Shown one piece after another: positions 31,410 to 43,152 of a stretch of 64,000 bases of DNA (position 1 is the first letter of the stretch; every line of letters begins with the position of its first letter). Source of the DNA: the human T2T-CHM13v2.0 reference genome, Homo sapiens; assembly GCF_009914755.1 (NCBI RefSeq), contig NC_060929.1; one strand, given 5' to 3'. Both the position numbers and the translations under genes were made by a program. Below the pieces are notes generated by a model, which saw only the letters and a list, made by a program, of their open reading frames with translations, searched no databases and was not told where the DNA came from.

Positions 31410-31604
31410 AGCATGTGTATGAAAATGTCGATTATATAAAACATATCTTTGGGGTTGTGTATTTTGGTTGTTGTGTTGTTTTAATTCCATTCATTTTGGT
31501 CATGTGTGCATAACTGTATCTATTTGATGGTGGGGTTGTTTGAAAATGTTCCTTAGGAGGATGTAGGATGTGATATATAATCTTCAATACCTGTTAAATA
31601 TCCA

Positions 31605-31760
31605 TGGCCTTGAATCTCCAGTAAGTTCATCTGCCTTTTATATCTTTGCTTTCTTCTTGTAATATGTGAACCAACTGCAATACCTCCTCCTGCTTGATTC
31701 TCGGAAATAAACTATTCTTTTGCAAAGCATTTAGCCTCTTTTAAAAAGCATTAAAACATA
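31605..31760 (+). mobile_element. Possible ancient SINE (MIR3/MamSINE-like)
   Basis: gtaagttcat..ttcttcttgtaatatg..aatacctcc..tttgcaaagcattt..aaagcatt loosely follows the MIR core and tail. Confidence 0.35.
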
Positions 31761-32794
31761 GCTTCCTGATAACTCTATTGCTGCCTTTCTCATCTTGATT
31801 ATGGATCATTTTGATGTGATGTTAGTATGTTACAAAAGAGAAGATTGTTTTCTTTACCATAAGGTACTAATTGCTAGAAGACACTTTACAAGTGATAGGT
31901 AGCTATGTGGTGGAGGAGGCAGTTGCTTTCAAAGGACCTGTGCATCATACATTTTAAGACTTGGCACTTGAGTATTATTTTCTAGATTAAAAAATTACAC
32001 ATTTGATGATGATGCTCTTTCACAAGTACCGACATCTTTTAAGAAAAGACAAATTATAAGACAAGTCTGCAGCAGCAAATGAGTCAAATGAAGCTAACCT
32101 AATTAGCACTAATAGGACAGTAAATTTTATTATACTATTTATTGACTCCTTGCATTTACTAAAAATGATAACCAGGCTTCAGCCATGTTATACAGCATCG
32201 AGTCTGTAGTACATCTCTAAATCTGTACTGCAATAAAGCAGACTATCAGCATTATTTGGTGAAATAACGTATTACCCCTAGATTAGTCAGCCACTGTGGT
32301 ATAGAAAAGAGAAAAAAAGCTTCAGGTAATTAAAGAAATTGTAAGTACTTGACATTTTACATCAAAGTTCTTTTGTCACAATTGAGATGTTCCTACAAAA
32401 TGTAATACATATTTTATCACATTTTACTTTAAAATGAATTTTTATTAGTTTTATGAGATTAACATGTGAAAAAGCATTTTATCAAAATTTCATGGGTTCT
32501 GATTGAGAGATTATACTTATACAGCCCTCATGGTTTTAAACCTTTTGAAGAAAATTAACCAAAATCTTGGTTAATATTTTTCACTGTTATTAAACTGATT
32601 TGCTTGGGCCGTGTGTGTGTGTATCTGTGTGTATAAAACTTTGTTAGCAATAATAGAAATATGATAGATGTAATTAAATACAATATTAAAATCTATATAT
32701 TTGTGATTCTGGAAAGAGAGCAGATCCTCTCTGTCTGATTCAAAAACCAATTATCATACTCAATTAAAATGTTTGTCCACTTGCAGATTGATTT

Positions 32795-32898
32795 AGAAAG
32801 AGAGGGACAAAGAGGCATAGTGAAAGGGAGAGAAAAAAGAAAAGAGAGAAAAGAAGGGAAAGTAGAAGAATAAGACAGAGAGAGGGCAAGAGAAGAGG
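32795..32898 (+). repeat. GA-rich polypurine low-complexity tract
   Basis: agaaagagagggacaaagag...gaaaagagagaaaagaagggaaag. Confidence 0.75.
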
Positions 32899-32964
32899 TC
32901 CCTTTTTCTTGCTAGGAGTGTTTGCTGGGAACCAGGACTGGGGAAGCTATACTTGCTCACTTCC

Positions 32965-33190
32965 ACCACTCGTCCTGTCACTGCTTTCTTTGTGACCTTG
33001 ATTTAGGAACTTAATTTTATGCATCTCATGTGTAGAACAGAAATGTTAACAATTACTTAATATTTGATCACTGTGATATTTTATTATGCTAAGATAGTAA
33101 ATGCTACTTAAAGGTCATCATTATTAGGGGCATTATTCTCTATCATGTTGCTGTTGGGAGGATTTGGTGAGTTAACATGTATCAAACGCT
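32965..33190 (+). mobile_element. MIR fragments
   Basis: tgtgaccttg..acttaa..ctcatgtgtagaa; gttgctgttgggaggatttggtgagttaacatgt. Confidence 0.55.
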
Positions 33191-33193
33191 AAA

Positions 33194-33488
33194 TGTCTCA
33201 GTCAGTTCAAGCTGCTATAACAAACATACCTTAGACTGGCTGGCTTGAACAACATTTACTTCTCATAGTTCTGGAGGGAGTAGCAGATCTGGTGTCTAAA
33301 GGGAGTTTGCTTCTTGACTTATAGATGGCCATCTTCTGGTGGTGTCAGGTGGCAGAGAACAGACACAGAGAGGCAAATCTCTCCAGTCTCTTCTTAGAAA
33401 AGCACTAATCTCATTCATGAGGGCTCTGCCCTAATGACTTAATCTCCTCCCAAAGTCCCCATGTCCAAATACCAACCCCTTGGGAATT
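33194..33488 (-). mobile_element. MLT1A/MST-type LTR
   Basis: tgtctcagtcagttcaagctgctataacaaa..tctcatagttctggagg..gcactaatctcattcatgagggctctgccc. Confidence 0.88.
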
Positions 33489-35047
33489 CCAAGATGTTGA
33501 CTGAATGCTGATAAGCTAATGTGTTTGCAACATTTTTCTATAACACAACTCTCTGGTGTTATTTTATAATTTTGTAATTAAAATAGGAAAAACACTTTTT
33601 AATTTAATATTTTAAAAATTCATTTGCAAGAGAAAACACATTTCATTAGTTGCTGCCATATAAATTTCTGATTCAGTAAACAAGAGCAAATTGTACACAC
33701 CACATATGACGTACTAGCTATGTAATAGTTTCACAATTGTGACACGAAAATATTAAGTGCATATGCTTTTAAAAAAATTGGATTCACAGAATTTCCCTCC
33801 TCAAACATCAATACACACTTTAAAAAAGTTGTCAGTGGAAATAAATCACAACCATAGAAGACCAGAATGCTTCAACTATATCCATTTTAATTATGCCAGT
33901 ATTCGTGGGAGAAAACAAATCTTTCCCTCAGCAATGTTATTTTACTTCAGCAGTGACAAAAATTTTGTCATAGAAGAAAGACAGTACTACTTTTCCTTTT
34001 ATATGCTAAACAATAGCTCTGACACATTTTTTGAAAGTTGGTGGTGTTGCCAGTCTCAGAATTTATATGATTCATTTAGGTTCTGATTAAAATACATACA
34101 AAGAAATAAAGAATACAATAAGACTGAAATTTATACTTAGTGACAAATTTATATGGAAGTAAAATCTATTGTAAGGAAGATAAAGAGTGACCTTCTCTGG
34201 GGAAACAAACAACACTTACTTCCAGCTTCATTCTTTTGTTATTAGGTGCCAAGCAGCGTATGTAATAAAATTGTTTTAAGAATTATTTGGAGGCCTAGGA
34301 CAACATTAACTTCTTTCAGAGGAGATTTGCATTTACTTCTGCCAGGCACCTCTCAGAGACCCTAGCAGTCTGTGGTCTCCTACCCCAATTTCAGAGACTG
34401 AGATTGGAGGTTGGAAGTAGGGTTGCTTCACCCTTATTTCTGAGGTACAGCTTTTCAGGGCTCCTTGCTAAATTCAGGCAGTTTAGCAGAGCCCCAAACT
34501 CGTTGGCTGTTAATTTCAACTTTTATCCTTTTCTTCTCACAAAACCCTCAAACATCCTGCTCATATTCATTGAGTGTCAGACACCTCTTTCAGAATTGAA
34601 AAGAAGAATCCTCTTTGAATTTCCGTCTCCTACCAAGATTGTGGCCTCATAAGCTTCAGAGCCTTGTAAGGCCCCAGTCCGGTTTATGCTTTGTCTATGG
34701 TTCTTAGTAGGAGGGTTGCTCTGGATTTTCTAGTTCACTTTAAGGGGACAAATATTCCATATTTTCTATAATTTTAAATAATTTTCCATTCCTAAGGCTG
34801 AATAAATTCCTTCTAAAATTTTGAATCTGTGAGTGAAGGTCTGGCAAGTCAAGGTTACCCACATCAAATCAGCAAAGAAAACCAAACTTTTGTGCTTTTA
34901 AAATTCATTATACTTGCTTGATAAGCATTCTGATTCTAATAACAATAACTGGAATAACATTAGACAATGAAAAATAATCACCAGGCAAGATCATTTCATG
35001 ACAAGAAAAGTATTAACTTGGGAGAAAACAGTAATTTGGGAGAAAAT

Positions 35048-35192
35048 ATTCATTCATGTGTTCATTTACTCAGTAAATTTCTATCAGTGCCTTGCGTATG
35101 GATATATACAGCACTGAGCTGGGTACTGGGGGTTTATGTGATGACAATACGGATATGGGCCCTTCCCTCCTTAGAAGGCTTGGAATCCAGTG
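35048..35192 (-). mobile_element. L2 3' end
   Basis: attcattcat..tttactcagtaaattt..gcactgagctgggtactggggg..ggcccttccctc. Confidence 0.65.
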
Positions 35193-35287
35193 TGTGCTGA
35201 AATGTGTTTCGTGTTCATGAGCAGTGAAGAGTCATCAGTGATTAGGTTTCTATGTTTAAAGTAAAGTAGGCCTTAGAAATCACGTAG

Positions 35288-35570
35288 TCATTCTGAGCAA
35301 ACTATCGCAAGGACAGAAAACCAAATACTGCATGTTCTCACTCATAGGTGGGCACTGAACTATGAGAACACTTGGACACAGGGAGGGGAACATCACACAC
35401 CAGGGCCTGTCATGAGGTGGAGGGATGGGGGAGGGATAGCATTAAGAGAAATACCTAATGTAAATGATGAATTAATGTGTGCAACACACCAACATGGCAC
35501 ATGTGTACATATGTAACAAACCTGCACGTTGTGCACATGTATCTTAGAAATTAAAGTATAATAAAAAAAA
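35288..35570 (+). mobile_element. L1PA4/5 3' end, 5'-truncated
   Basis: tcattctgagcaaactatcgcaaggacagaaaaccaaa...taaagtataataaaaaaaa; diverged TSD agaaatcacgtagtca/agaaataatgttgtca. Confidence 0.95.
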
Positions 35571-38019
35571 GAAATAATGTTGTCAAATTTTCTTTTCTTA
35601 TTGAAAAGTGAAAACTTGCCAATTAAGCTCCACTGAATTTCCTAAGGCCTCAAAGGTAAGTTAGTGGATGAACGTAGAGTAAAACTCTTCCAACTCTCAG
35701 AAGAGTTCTTTTCGTGGTAATAAAATGGCCTCTTTCATCCTCTGGGTGCTTTGAATAATCTTCACAAATACATTTTAGACATTGGAAATAATGATACAGG
35801 CTCGGAATTCATAGACATAATGACTGAAAGGCCATTTTTGTTTATGTAATTTCAAAAATTAATTATAATTTTAAAATAAAATATTTAGACTAAGTTGGTC
35901 CACTATGTCAATCTACTATACTCATATACGATTGAACTTGAAATGGCTGGCATCAGACACGAATGAGAACTTGAAACATTGTAAGTTAAATATTACCTAA
36001 AAATCTGTTATAGTTTTTAATCAAAAGTTTATTTACTAGAAAACTCAGTTCTGCTAGCACTTTTACATTATTCTCATTGTTTTATTGATTATAATACAAT
36101 CATAGTTTTATATCTGTTTTCATAACAAATTAGAGATTTATGGCACTTAAAGTCAATAAAATATTAACACATATATAGCATGCAACTAAAATGTCGTGTG
36201 TGTTTCACATTAGGTGCAATCTATGACTTTTTTTCTTCAACATTTCTTTGCTACATGACTAAGTTCTATTATCATAGTTCAAGCTAAATTCTAATTTTTC
36301 CTTTTAAATAAAGTAAAAATTTTGAACTTTTCATTACAAATGATCATTTTATAATATTTAAAGGAAATAAAACAGAGGTAATTTGCCTACAATACCAAAG
36401 GCCATTTTTTATTTTAACATTTGCAGAAGGTTGATATGCCAAATTGCACTTGACCCAAAGTTTGCTATTTTTAACAGTGAAAAAATTTCTAGTATTTTTA
36501 CAGAAATTAATAATGCAACAGGGAGGAAAAAGTGAAGTCTTACAATGCCTAGAAACTATATGCCAAATATTTGGAACAATAAGTACTCTAACTCCAGCAG
36601 CAGAATTATCTTCCTGGTACATATTTAAGTGAGGAGTTGTAATGATGTGTACATTTCATTTCTTAATGTACATTCACAGTTTGCTAAACATTCAGTTTGC
36701 TAAAATATGGAAAAATAACAAACCGTTCTCATTTCTAACAAGAGAACGCAGAAGTTGCAATTTTTGTCCTGCATGCATATTCCAAGCAGCACATTAAAAA
36801 AAGGTAAGGGTCCAAAATTCACTGGCTTTTACACTAGGGTGATAGCTGCTAAGGGCATTTTAAATAGTGAGAAAGATAAATGGTCTTTGAATTATAATCC
36901 CTAGTGAAATCTGAAATAAGAAAATACAGTTTCTATTACAATAAATAAAATAGAAAACATGGTCTATGCTTCCCAGAACGCCATATTGAAAGGACAAAAT
37001 GAAATAATTAGAAACTAGGACTTTAGCTCAAAATACAAAATTTATGTCGGTAGCTATCACAAACTATTCTTTTCCTTTGATGTATCAATAAGTAATTCAT
37101 TCTTTGCTCACCTGCTTATGACCCTCACTTAGCTTGGAAAAAAATGTGTTTTTCTTCTAGTGACTTTATTGTGAGAAAAATAAAGGAAAATATTACAATG
37201 TTATTATGCTTGATGAAAAAAATTGAACTATGCATTATTAAGAATTATCATTTTGCAAATCTGTCATAAGCCACATGGGATTTCTAGCATCTTCATCTTT
37301 ATCTGTTTGCTCTGTTTTGGCATATCCAGAAACCTGTGAGCAATTCTTAGAGACACTTTTTTCTATACATACATCAAAGTGGCAACTTTTTAATAATCCC
37401 TAAGCTAGAGAAGGCCAGATAGTATCTCCTGCCTTTGTGAAACTATAAAAAGAAAGCAGGGGATATTTTATTTCTTTTCTTAATTGCCTTCCAAAGTTCT
37501 CAAGGTAAGCAAAATAAATTATGTACACAAAAATGAAGATCCTCAAAGGTTGCTTGTTACGGTCTAGATATTTTTTTACTTTCTAACATATATTTATAGA
37601 ATTGTTATACTACAGAAAGCTTTAGGTAACAATGAATAGAGCCAAGCAAAATTTTTTTTTTAAGTACAGTAATTTAGGTGGAAGTTAGTATGATAGAGTA
37701 GAAAAACATGAAGATTTTACTGGAAGAGAGATTCTTAGCTTTTGGAATGTAGGTTTCCTTTTAAAATGGAACATTGCAAACTCAAGCTACTTTGTGTATA
37801 GGATCTGCTAATTTAATTTGGCGATTATCTAAAAAAGTTGCCTCATTTTGATTGATTTTATTTATTAGCTATTAATTTCTTGTCACTAAAGAAGGTGTGT
37901 GGGTGTGTGTGTTTATGTGGAGCTAAGCATAATCAGGGGAAGGGAGGTCATTTCAAATAATGTTTTCCACCAAAAATTTATCCTGGACTCTAAATTATTT
38001 TCACACAAGGAGGGGGCAG

Positions 38020-38190
38020 AAGGGTGCAGCAGAAAAATAATGGACACTAGAGTCTTGAGTTTGAGTTTCACATGTAGCCACTTATAGGAAAGTAATGTAA
38101 GACAATTTACTTAGATTCTCTAAATTCTTCTTGTGAGAATATGATAAACCGTATGAAATCCCTACTCTAGTGCCTGGTACATAGATGATT
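38020..38190 (+). mobile_element. MIR
   Basis: agtcttgagtttgagttt..gccacttatag..atttacttagattctct..agtgcctggtacatag. Confidence 0.6.
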
Positions 38191-38261
38191 GATGTTTCTC
38201 AATAAAAGTTCCAACTATTTTTCATGAATAACAAAATAGATTGTAACAAGTATGTGAGTTG

Positions 38262-38550
38262 TATGTTGCCCTCTGCTGCATAAGAAACCAAAAACATAGG
38301 GGCTTAAAACCATCACCACGGGTCTAGGGTTCTGTAAATCTGGGCCAGCCGTGGCTCTTTCAGCTGGTTTTTCTCATTGTCTTGTGAGCTGCTGGGTCAG
38401 CAAGGGTTGGACTGGTTAGAATGGCTATAGCTTGGAAAACTTAATTTTTGCTCCACATGATCTCTTCTCAGTAGGCCAGCACAGTCTTTTTCTCAGAGTG
38501 GAGACCAAATTCCAAGAAACTGAGGTGATGCACATCAGGCTTCATGGATC
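38262..38550 (-). mobile_element. MLT1H/G-like LTR
   Basis: tgctgcataagaaacca..ggcttaaaac..ctccacatgatctc..gtaggccagc. Confidence 0.65.
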
Positions 38551-38699
38551 AAAATGAACAGCCAGTGATATAGACACCAGAGTGGACCTCTATAAAGATG
38601 ACTGACTGAGAAGTCTGTAGGTAGCTATCAGCCTCCCCTCACTGTGAGTCTGCACACAAAGTTCTGGTGATAGGTTTGATCGTTGGTCATTATGGGCAA

Positions 38700-38925
38700 G
38701 AGTCAGGAATAAGAAATGGGTGTGTTATTTAATAGAGCAAGAACAAGCTGGAATTTGCTGGTTACTCTGCCTCTGCCACAAGAGCCTTTCAATGGTGTTC
38801 ATATAGTGATAGCTATTTTTTACATCCTCATGCCAAATCACATGCAAAGCCTTTGAAATCAACCCTAACCCCAAATCGTACTGAGGAGGGGACTCTGGGA
38901 AACATAGCTCTACATAAACCAAATC
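38700..38925 (-). mobile_element. ERVL-class LTR fragment (LTR33/LTR50-like)
   Basis: Reverse complement ctatgtttcccagagtcccctcc..gggttagggttg..gcatgtgatttgg resembles an ERVL LTR start. Confidence 0.45.
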
Positions 38926-38969
38926 CACTCCTTGTCAACTTTTCATCCATTCACATATATCTAAATTGT

Positions 38970-40110
38970 GGTTTTTCATATCTCTAAAGTAAGTACATAA
39001 AACATTAAACTTATTTGTTTTGGTGTACAGTTCTATAAACTTTACCATCTGTACAGATTTGTGTAACTATCACAAATTAAAAAACAGGATGGTTTTATCA
39101 TCCTAGAAAACATCTTCATAGTTATATAATCCCCCAACCGTATACTTTCCTAACAGTGAGCCTCTGGCAAACGGGAGAATCATTTCAAGACTGAATTCCT
39201 TCACTCAGTATCATAACTTTGAGATTCAGACAACTTACGGGGTGTATCAATAACTGGTTCATTTTTATTGCTGATTCATATTCCATTTTGTATACGTCTA
39301 CCAGTTGAAAACATTTTGGTTTGAAAAACATGGGCTGTTATGAACAGAGCTACTACGTAAATTGGTGTATAGGTTTCTGTTTGCACTCAACTTTTTATTT
39401 ATCTAGTATAATTCTTAGAAGTAGATTGCTGGACGATACTACAGATATAGATAGAGAATTATAAGACATTGCTAACGTGATTTCCTAAGGGCTGTACCAT
39501 TTCGCATTCCCACCAGCCTTGTCTGAGGTTGCCACTAGCTCTGCATTCTCTCCCGCCTTTAGTATTGGTATTATTTTAACCATTCTATTAAGTGTATAGT
39601 GATATCTCATTGGAGTTTTAATTTGCAGCTCCCCATAGTCTAATAATGCACATTTTTGTCTATTTTCTGTCTGTATACCCTATTTGATAAAGTATCTTTT
39701 CAAATTATTTGTCCATTATTAATTGTGTTTTCAATTTCCTTTTACTTAGATTTTGAGAGGTCTTTTTATATTCTGGATACAAGTCCTTTACAGATGTAAT
39801 TTTAAAAGATTTATGCAGGTGTAAAAATCTGTCCTTCCATGATTTTAATAGGGTCTTTGCAAGAAAATTTTTAAAAATACAGACTCCACTTTGTCCGTTT
39901 TATAGCTTTGATCAGGTATAAGAAACTTTTGTCTCATCACAGGACAGGAAGATTTTCTCTTTAAAACTTTGATTTTATAACTTTATATTTCAGATTTGGA
40001 TCTATAAAAAATTTAAGAACTTTTTGTGAAGTTTAAGATTTGTGTCAAATTTCTTTTTTTTTGTATAGTGTTGGCCAATTATTCTAACTGCTGTTGAAAA
40101 AAATCACAGT
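38970..40110 (-). mobile_element. Old L1M (MB/MC-type) 3' region
   Basis: gtgtacagttctataaacttt, ggctgtaccatttcgcattcccaccagc, ttatattctggatacaagtcctt. Confidence 0.8.
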
Positions 40111-41450
40111 TTCTGATGATAAATCTGAGGTCATTAGAATTTTTAGGCATTTCTCTGAATTTTCAGAGTGAATATTCCCTTAAAGCATTTTTTTGTTAAC
40201 TTTTATTTTACTTTCAGGAATACATGTATAGATTTGTTATATAGGTACATTGTGCATCCTGGGAGTTTGACATACAGATTATTTCTTCACCCAGGTGATA
40301 AGCATAGACTCCAATAGGTAGTTTTTTGATCTTCTCCCTCCTCCTACCCTTCACCCTCAAGTAGGCCCTGGTGTCTGTTGTTCTCTTCTTTGTGTCCATG
40401 TGTACTCAATGTTTAGCTCCTACTTATAAGTGAGAACATGTAATATTTGGTTTTCTGTTCCTGTGTTAGTTCACTTAGGATAACAGCCTCAAGCTCCATC
40501 CATGTTGCTGTTAGGGACAGGATCTCATTACTTTTATGATGTTGTAGTATTCCATAATGCCTATGTACCAAATTTTCCTTATGCAATCAATGGTTAATGG
40601 GCAGTTAGATTAATGTCATGTGTTTGCTACTGTAAAAAGTGCTGCAGTGAACATATGTGTGGCATGTGTGTTTATGCTAGAATGATTTATATTCCTTTAG
40701 GTATGTACCCAATAATGGGATTGCTGAGTCAAATACTACTTCTGTTTTAAGCTCTTTAAGGAACCACCACGCTGCTTTTCACAATAGCTGAACTAAATTA
40801 GATTTCTACCAGCCATGTATAAGTGTCCCCTTTTCTCGTCAAACTCACCATCATCTGTGTTATAAACATCTGTTAAACATTTTGCTAAATTTTTCTCCCA
40901 TCCTATAGGTTGTCTGTTTACTCTGCTTATAGTTTCTTTTGCTGTGCAGAAGCTCTTTAGTTTAATTAGAACCCATTTGTCAATTTTTGCTTTTGTTGCC
41001 ACTGCTTTTGGCATCTTTGTTATAAAATCTTTGCCAGGGTCTATGTCCAGAATGGTATTTCCTAGGTTATCTCTTAAGGTTTTATAGTTTTGGGTGTTTT
41101 TTTTTTTGTATATAGTGTGAGGATGGGGTCCAGTCTCAATCTTCTGCATATGACTATCCAGTTATCTCAGCACCATTTATTGAAAAGGGAGTCCTTTCCC
41201 CATTGCTTGTTATTGTCAACTTTGTCATAGACAAGATGGTTTGAAGTGTGTGGCTCTCAATTCTATTCAATTGGTCTTTGTACCAGTACCATGCTGTTTT
41301 GCTTACTATAGGCTTGTAGCATAGTTTGAAGTCAGGTAACGTGATTTCTCCAACTTTGTTCTTTTGCTTATAATTGCCTTGGCTATTCAAGCTCTGTATT
41401 TGTTCCGTATGAATTTTAAGATTTTTTTTTTCTAATTCTGTGAAGAATGT

Positions 41451-41485
41451 CATTGATAGCTAGGAATTGAATCTAGCTATCAATG
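41451..41485. repeat. Perfect 13-bp inverted repeat, 9-nt loop, inside L1
   Basis: cattgatagctag-gaattgaat-ctagctatcaatg. Confidence 0.95.
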
Positions 41486-42970
41486 CTTTGGGCAATATGA
41501 TCATTTTAACCTTATTGATTATTCCTATCCATGAGCATGTAATGTTTTTCCATTTGTTTATGCCATCTGTTATTTCTTCGAGCACTGTTTTGTAATTCTC
41601 ATTACAGAGATCTTTCACCTCCCTGGTTAGCTGTATTTCTAGGTATTTTATTCTTTTGTGGCTATTGTGAATGCAACAATTTGGCTCTCAGGTTGGACAC
41701 TGTTGGGGTATAGAAATACTACTGATTTTCGTATATTAATTTTTGTATTCTGAAACTTTGCTGAAGCTGTTTATTAGATCTAGGAGTTTGGTGGCCAAAA
41801 CCGTGGGGTTTTCTAGGTATAGAATCCTATTGTCTACAAATAGAGATAGTTTGACTTCCTCAATTCCTATTTTGATGGACTTTTTTTCTTTCTCTTCTCT
41901 GATTGCTGTAGCTAGGACTTCTACTGCTATGTCAAAATAAGAGTGGTAAGAATGGGCATCCTTGTTTTCTTCTGTTTATATATTAAGGAGAATGCTTCCA
42001 GCTTTTGGCCCTTCAGTACAATGTTGGTTGTGAGTTTGTCAAAGATAGGTCTCATTATTTTGAGATATGTTCCTTCAATGCCTAGCTTGTTGTGGGTTTT
42101 AAACATAAAGAGAGGTTGAATTTTATTGAAAGACTTTTCTGCATCTATTGAGAAGATCATGTGTTTTTTGTTTCTAGTTCTCTTGATATGGTGAATCACA
42201 TTTATTGATTTATGTATGTTGAACCAACCTTATATCCCAGGGACTAAGCCTACTTGATTGTGGTGTATATGCTTTTTGATGTGCTGCTGGGTTTGGTTTG
42301 CCAGCATTTTGTTTACAATTTTATCATCAAGGATATCTGCCTAAAGTTTTCTTTTTCGTTGTTGGGTCTCTGCCAAATTTTGGTATCAGAATGATGCTGA
42401 CCTTGTAGAATTAGTCCGGTTGGAGCCCCTCCTTCTTAATTTTTTGAAGTAGTTTCAGTAGGAATGGTACCACCTCTTGTTTATACACTTGGTAGCATTT
42501 GGCTGTGAATCTCTCTGGTCCTGGGTTTTTTCTAGAGGGTAAGCTTTTCTTTATTTCCTGATTCAATTTCAGAACTTGTTATTGGTATGTTAAGGGAATT
42601 AGTTTCTTCCTGGTTCAATCATGGGAGGCTGCATGTTTCCAGGAATTTATCTCTTTCTTGTAGGATTCCTTGTTTGTGTGCATACGGGTGTTCATAGTAG
42701 TCTCTGAGGATTTTTTTTTTTTTTTGTATTTCTGTGGGGTTGGTTGTAATGTCCCCTTTGTCAACTCTGGTTGTGTTTATTTGGATCTTCTCTTTTTTCT
42801 CTTTATTAGTCTGGCTAGCAGTCTATCTGTCTTATTAATTCTTAAAAAAAAAACAAAGCCTTGGATTTGTTGGTCTTTCATAATTTTTTTTCTCAACTTC
42901 ATTCAATTTAGCACCGATTTTGGATATTTCCTGTCTTCTGATATCTCTGGGGTTGGTTTGCTCTTGTTTT

Positions 42971-43152
42971 CAGGGGCTCCCAAGGGAAATAATACAGTCA
43001 TGGTTTCTTAGTTTCTGTTTCTGATTGGGCCAGTAAAGATCCTTCCTTATTCCACTTTTCTGCCTATCACCAGAGACAGAAACTAAAAACCATGGCTTCA
43101 AGCTGCTAAAAGCCTAAAACAACAACGAAATAATGTGGGTTGGATAAGATTT
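42971..43152. mobile_element. MER107-like hAT MITE inserted in L1
   Basis: caggggc..ccaaggga..catggtttcttagtttctgtttctg..cagaaactaaaaaccatggcttca.gctgctaaaagcctaaaac..gggttggataag; L1 resumes afterwards. Confidence 0.85.

Noticed and set aside
33757-34086. 109-aa ORF in unique AT-rich DNA
   Set aside because: No recognisable protein similarity or supporting splice structure; composition typical of a random AT-rich frame
36671-36704. Short tandem echo cattcacagtttgctaaa/cattcagtttgctaaa
   Set aside because: Ordinary slippage duplication
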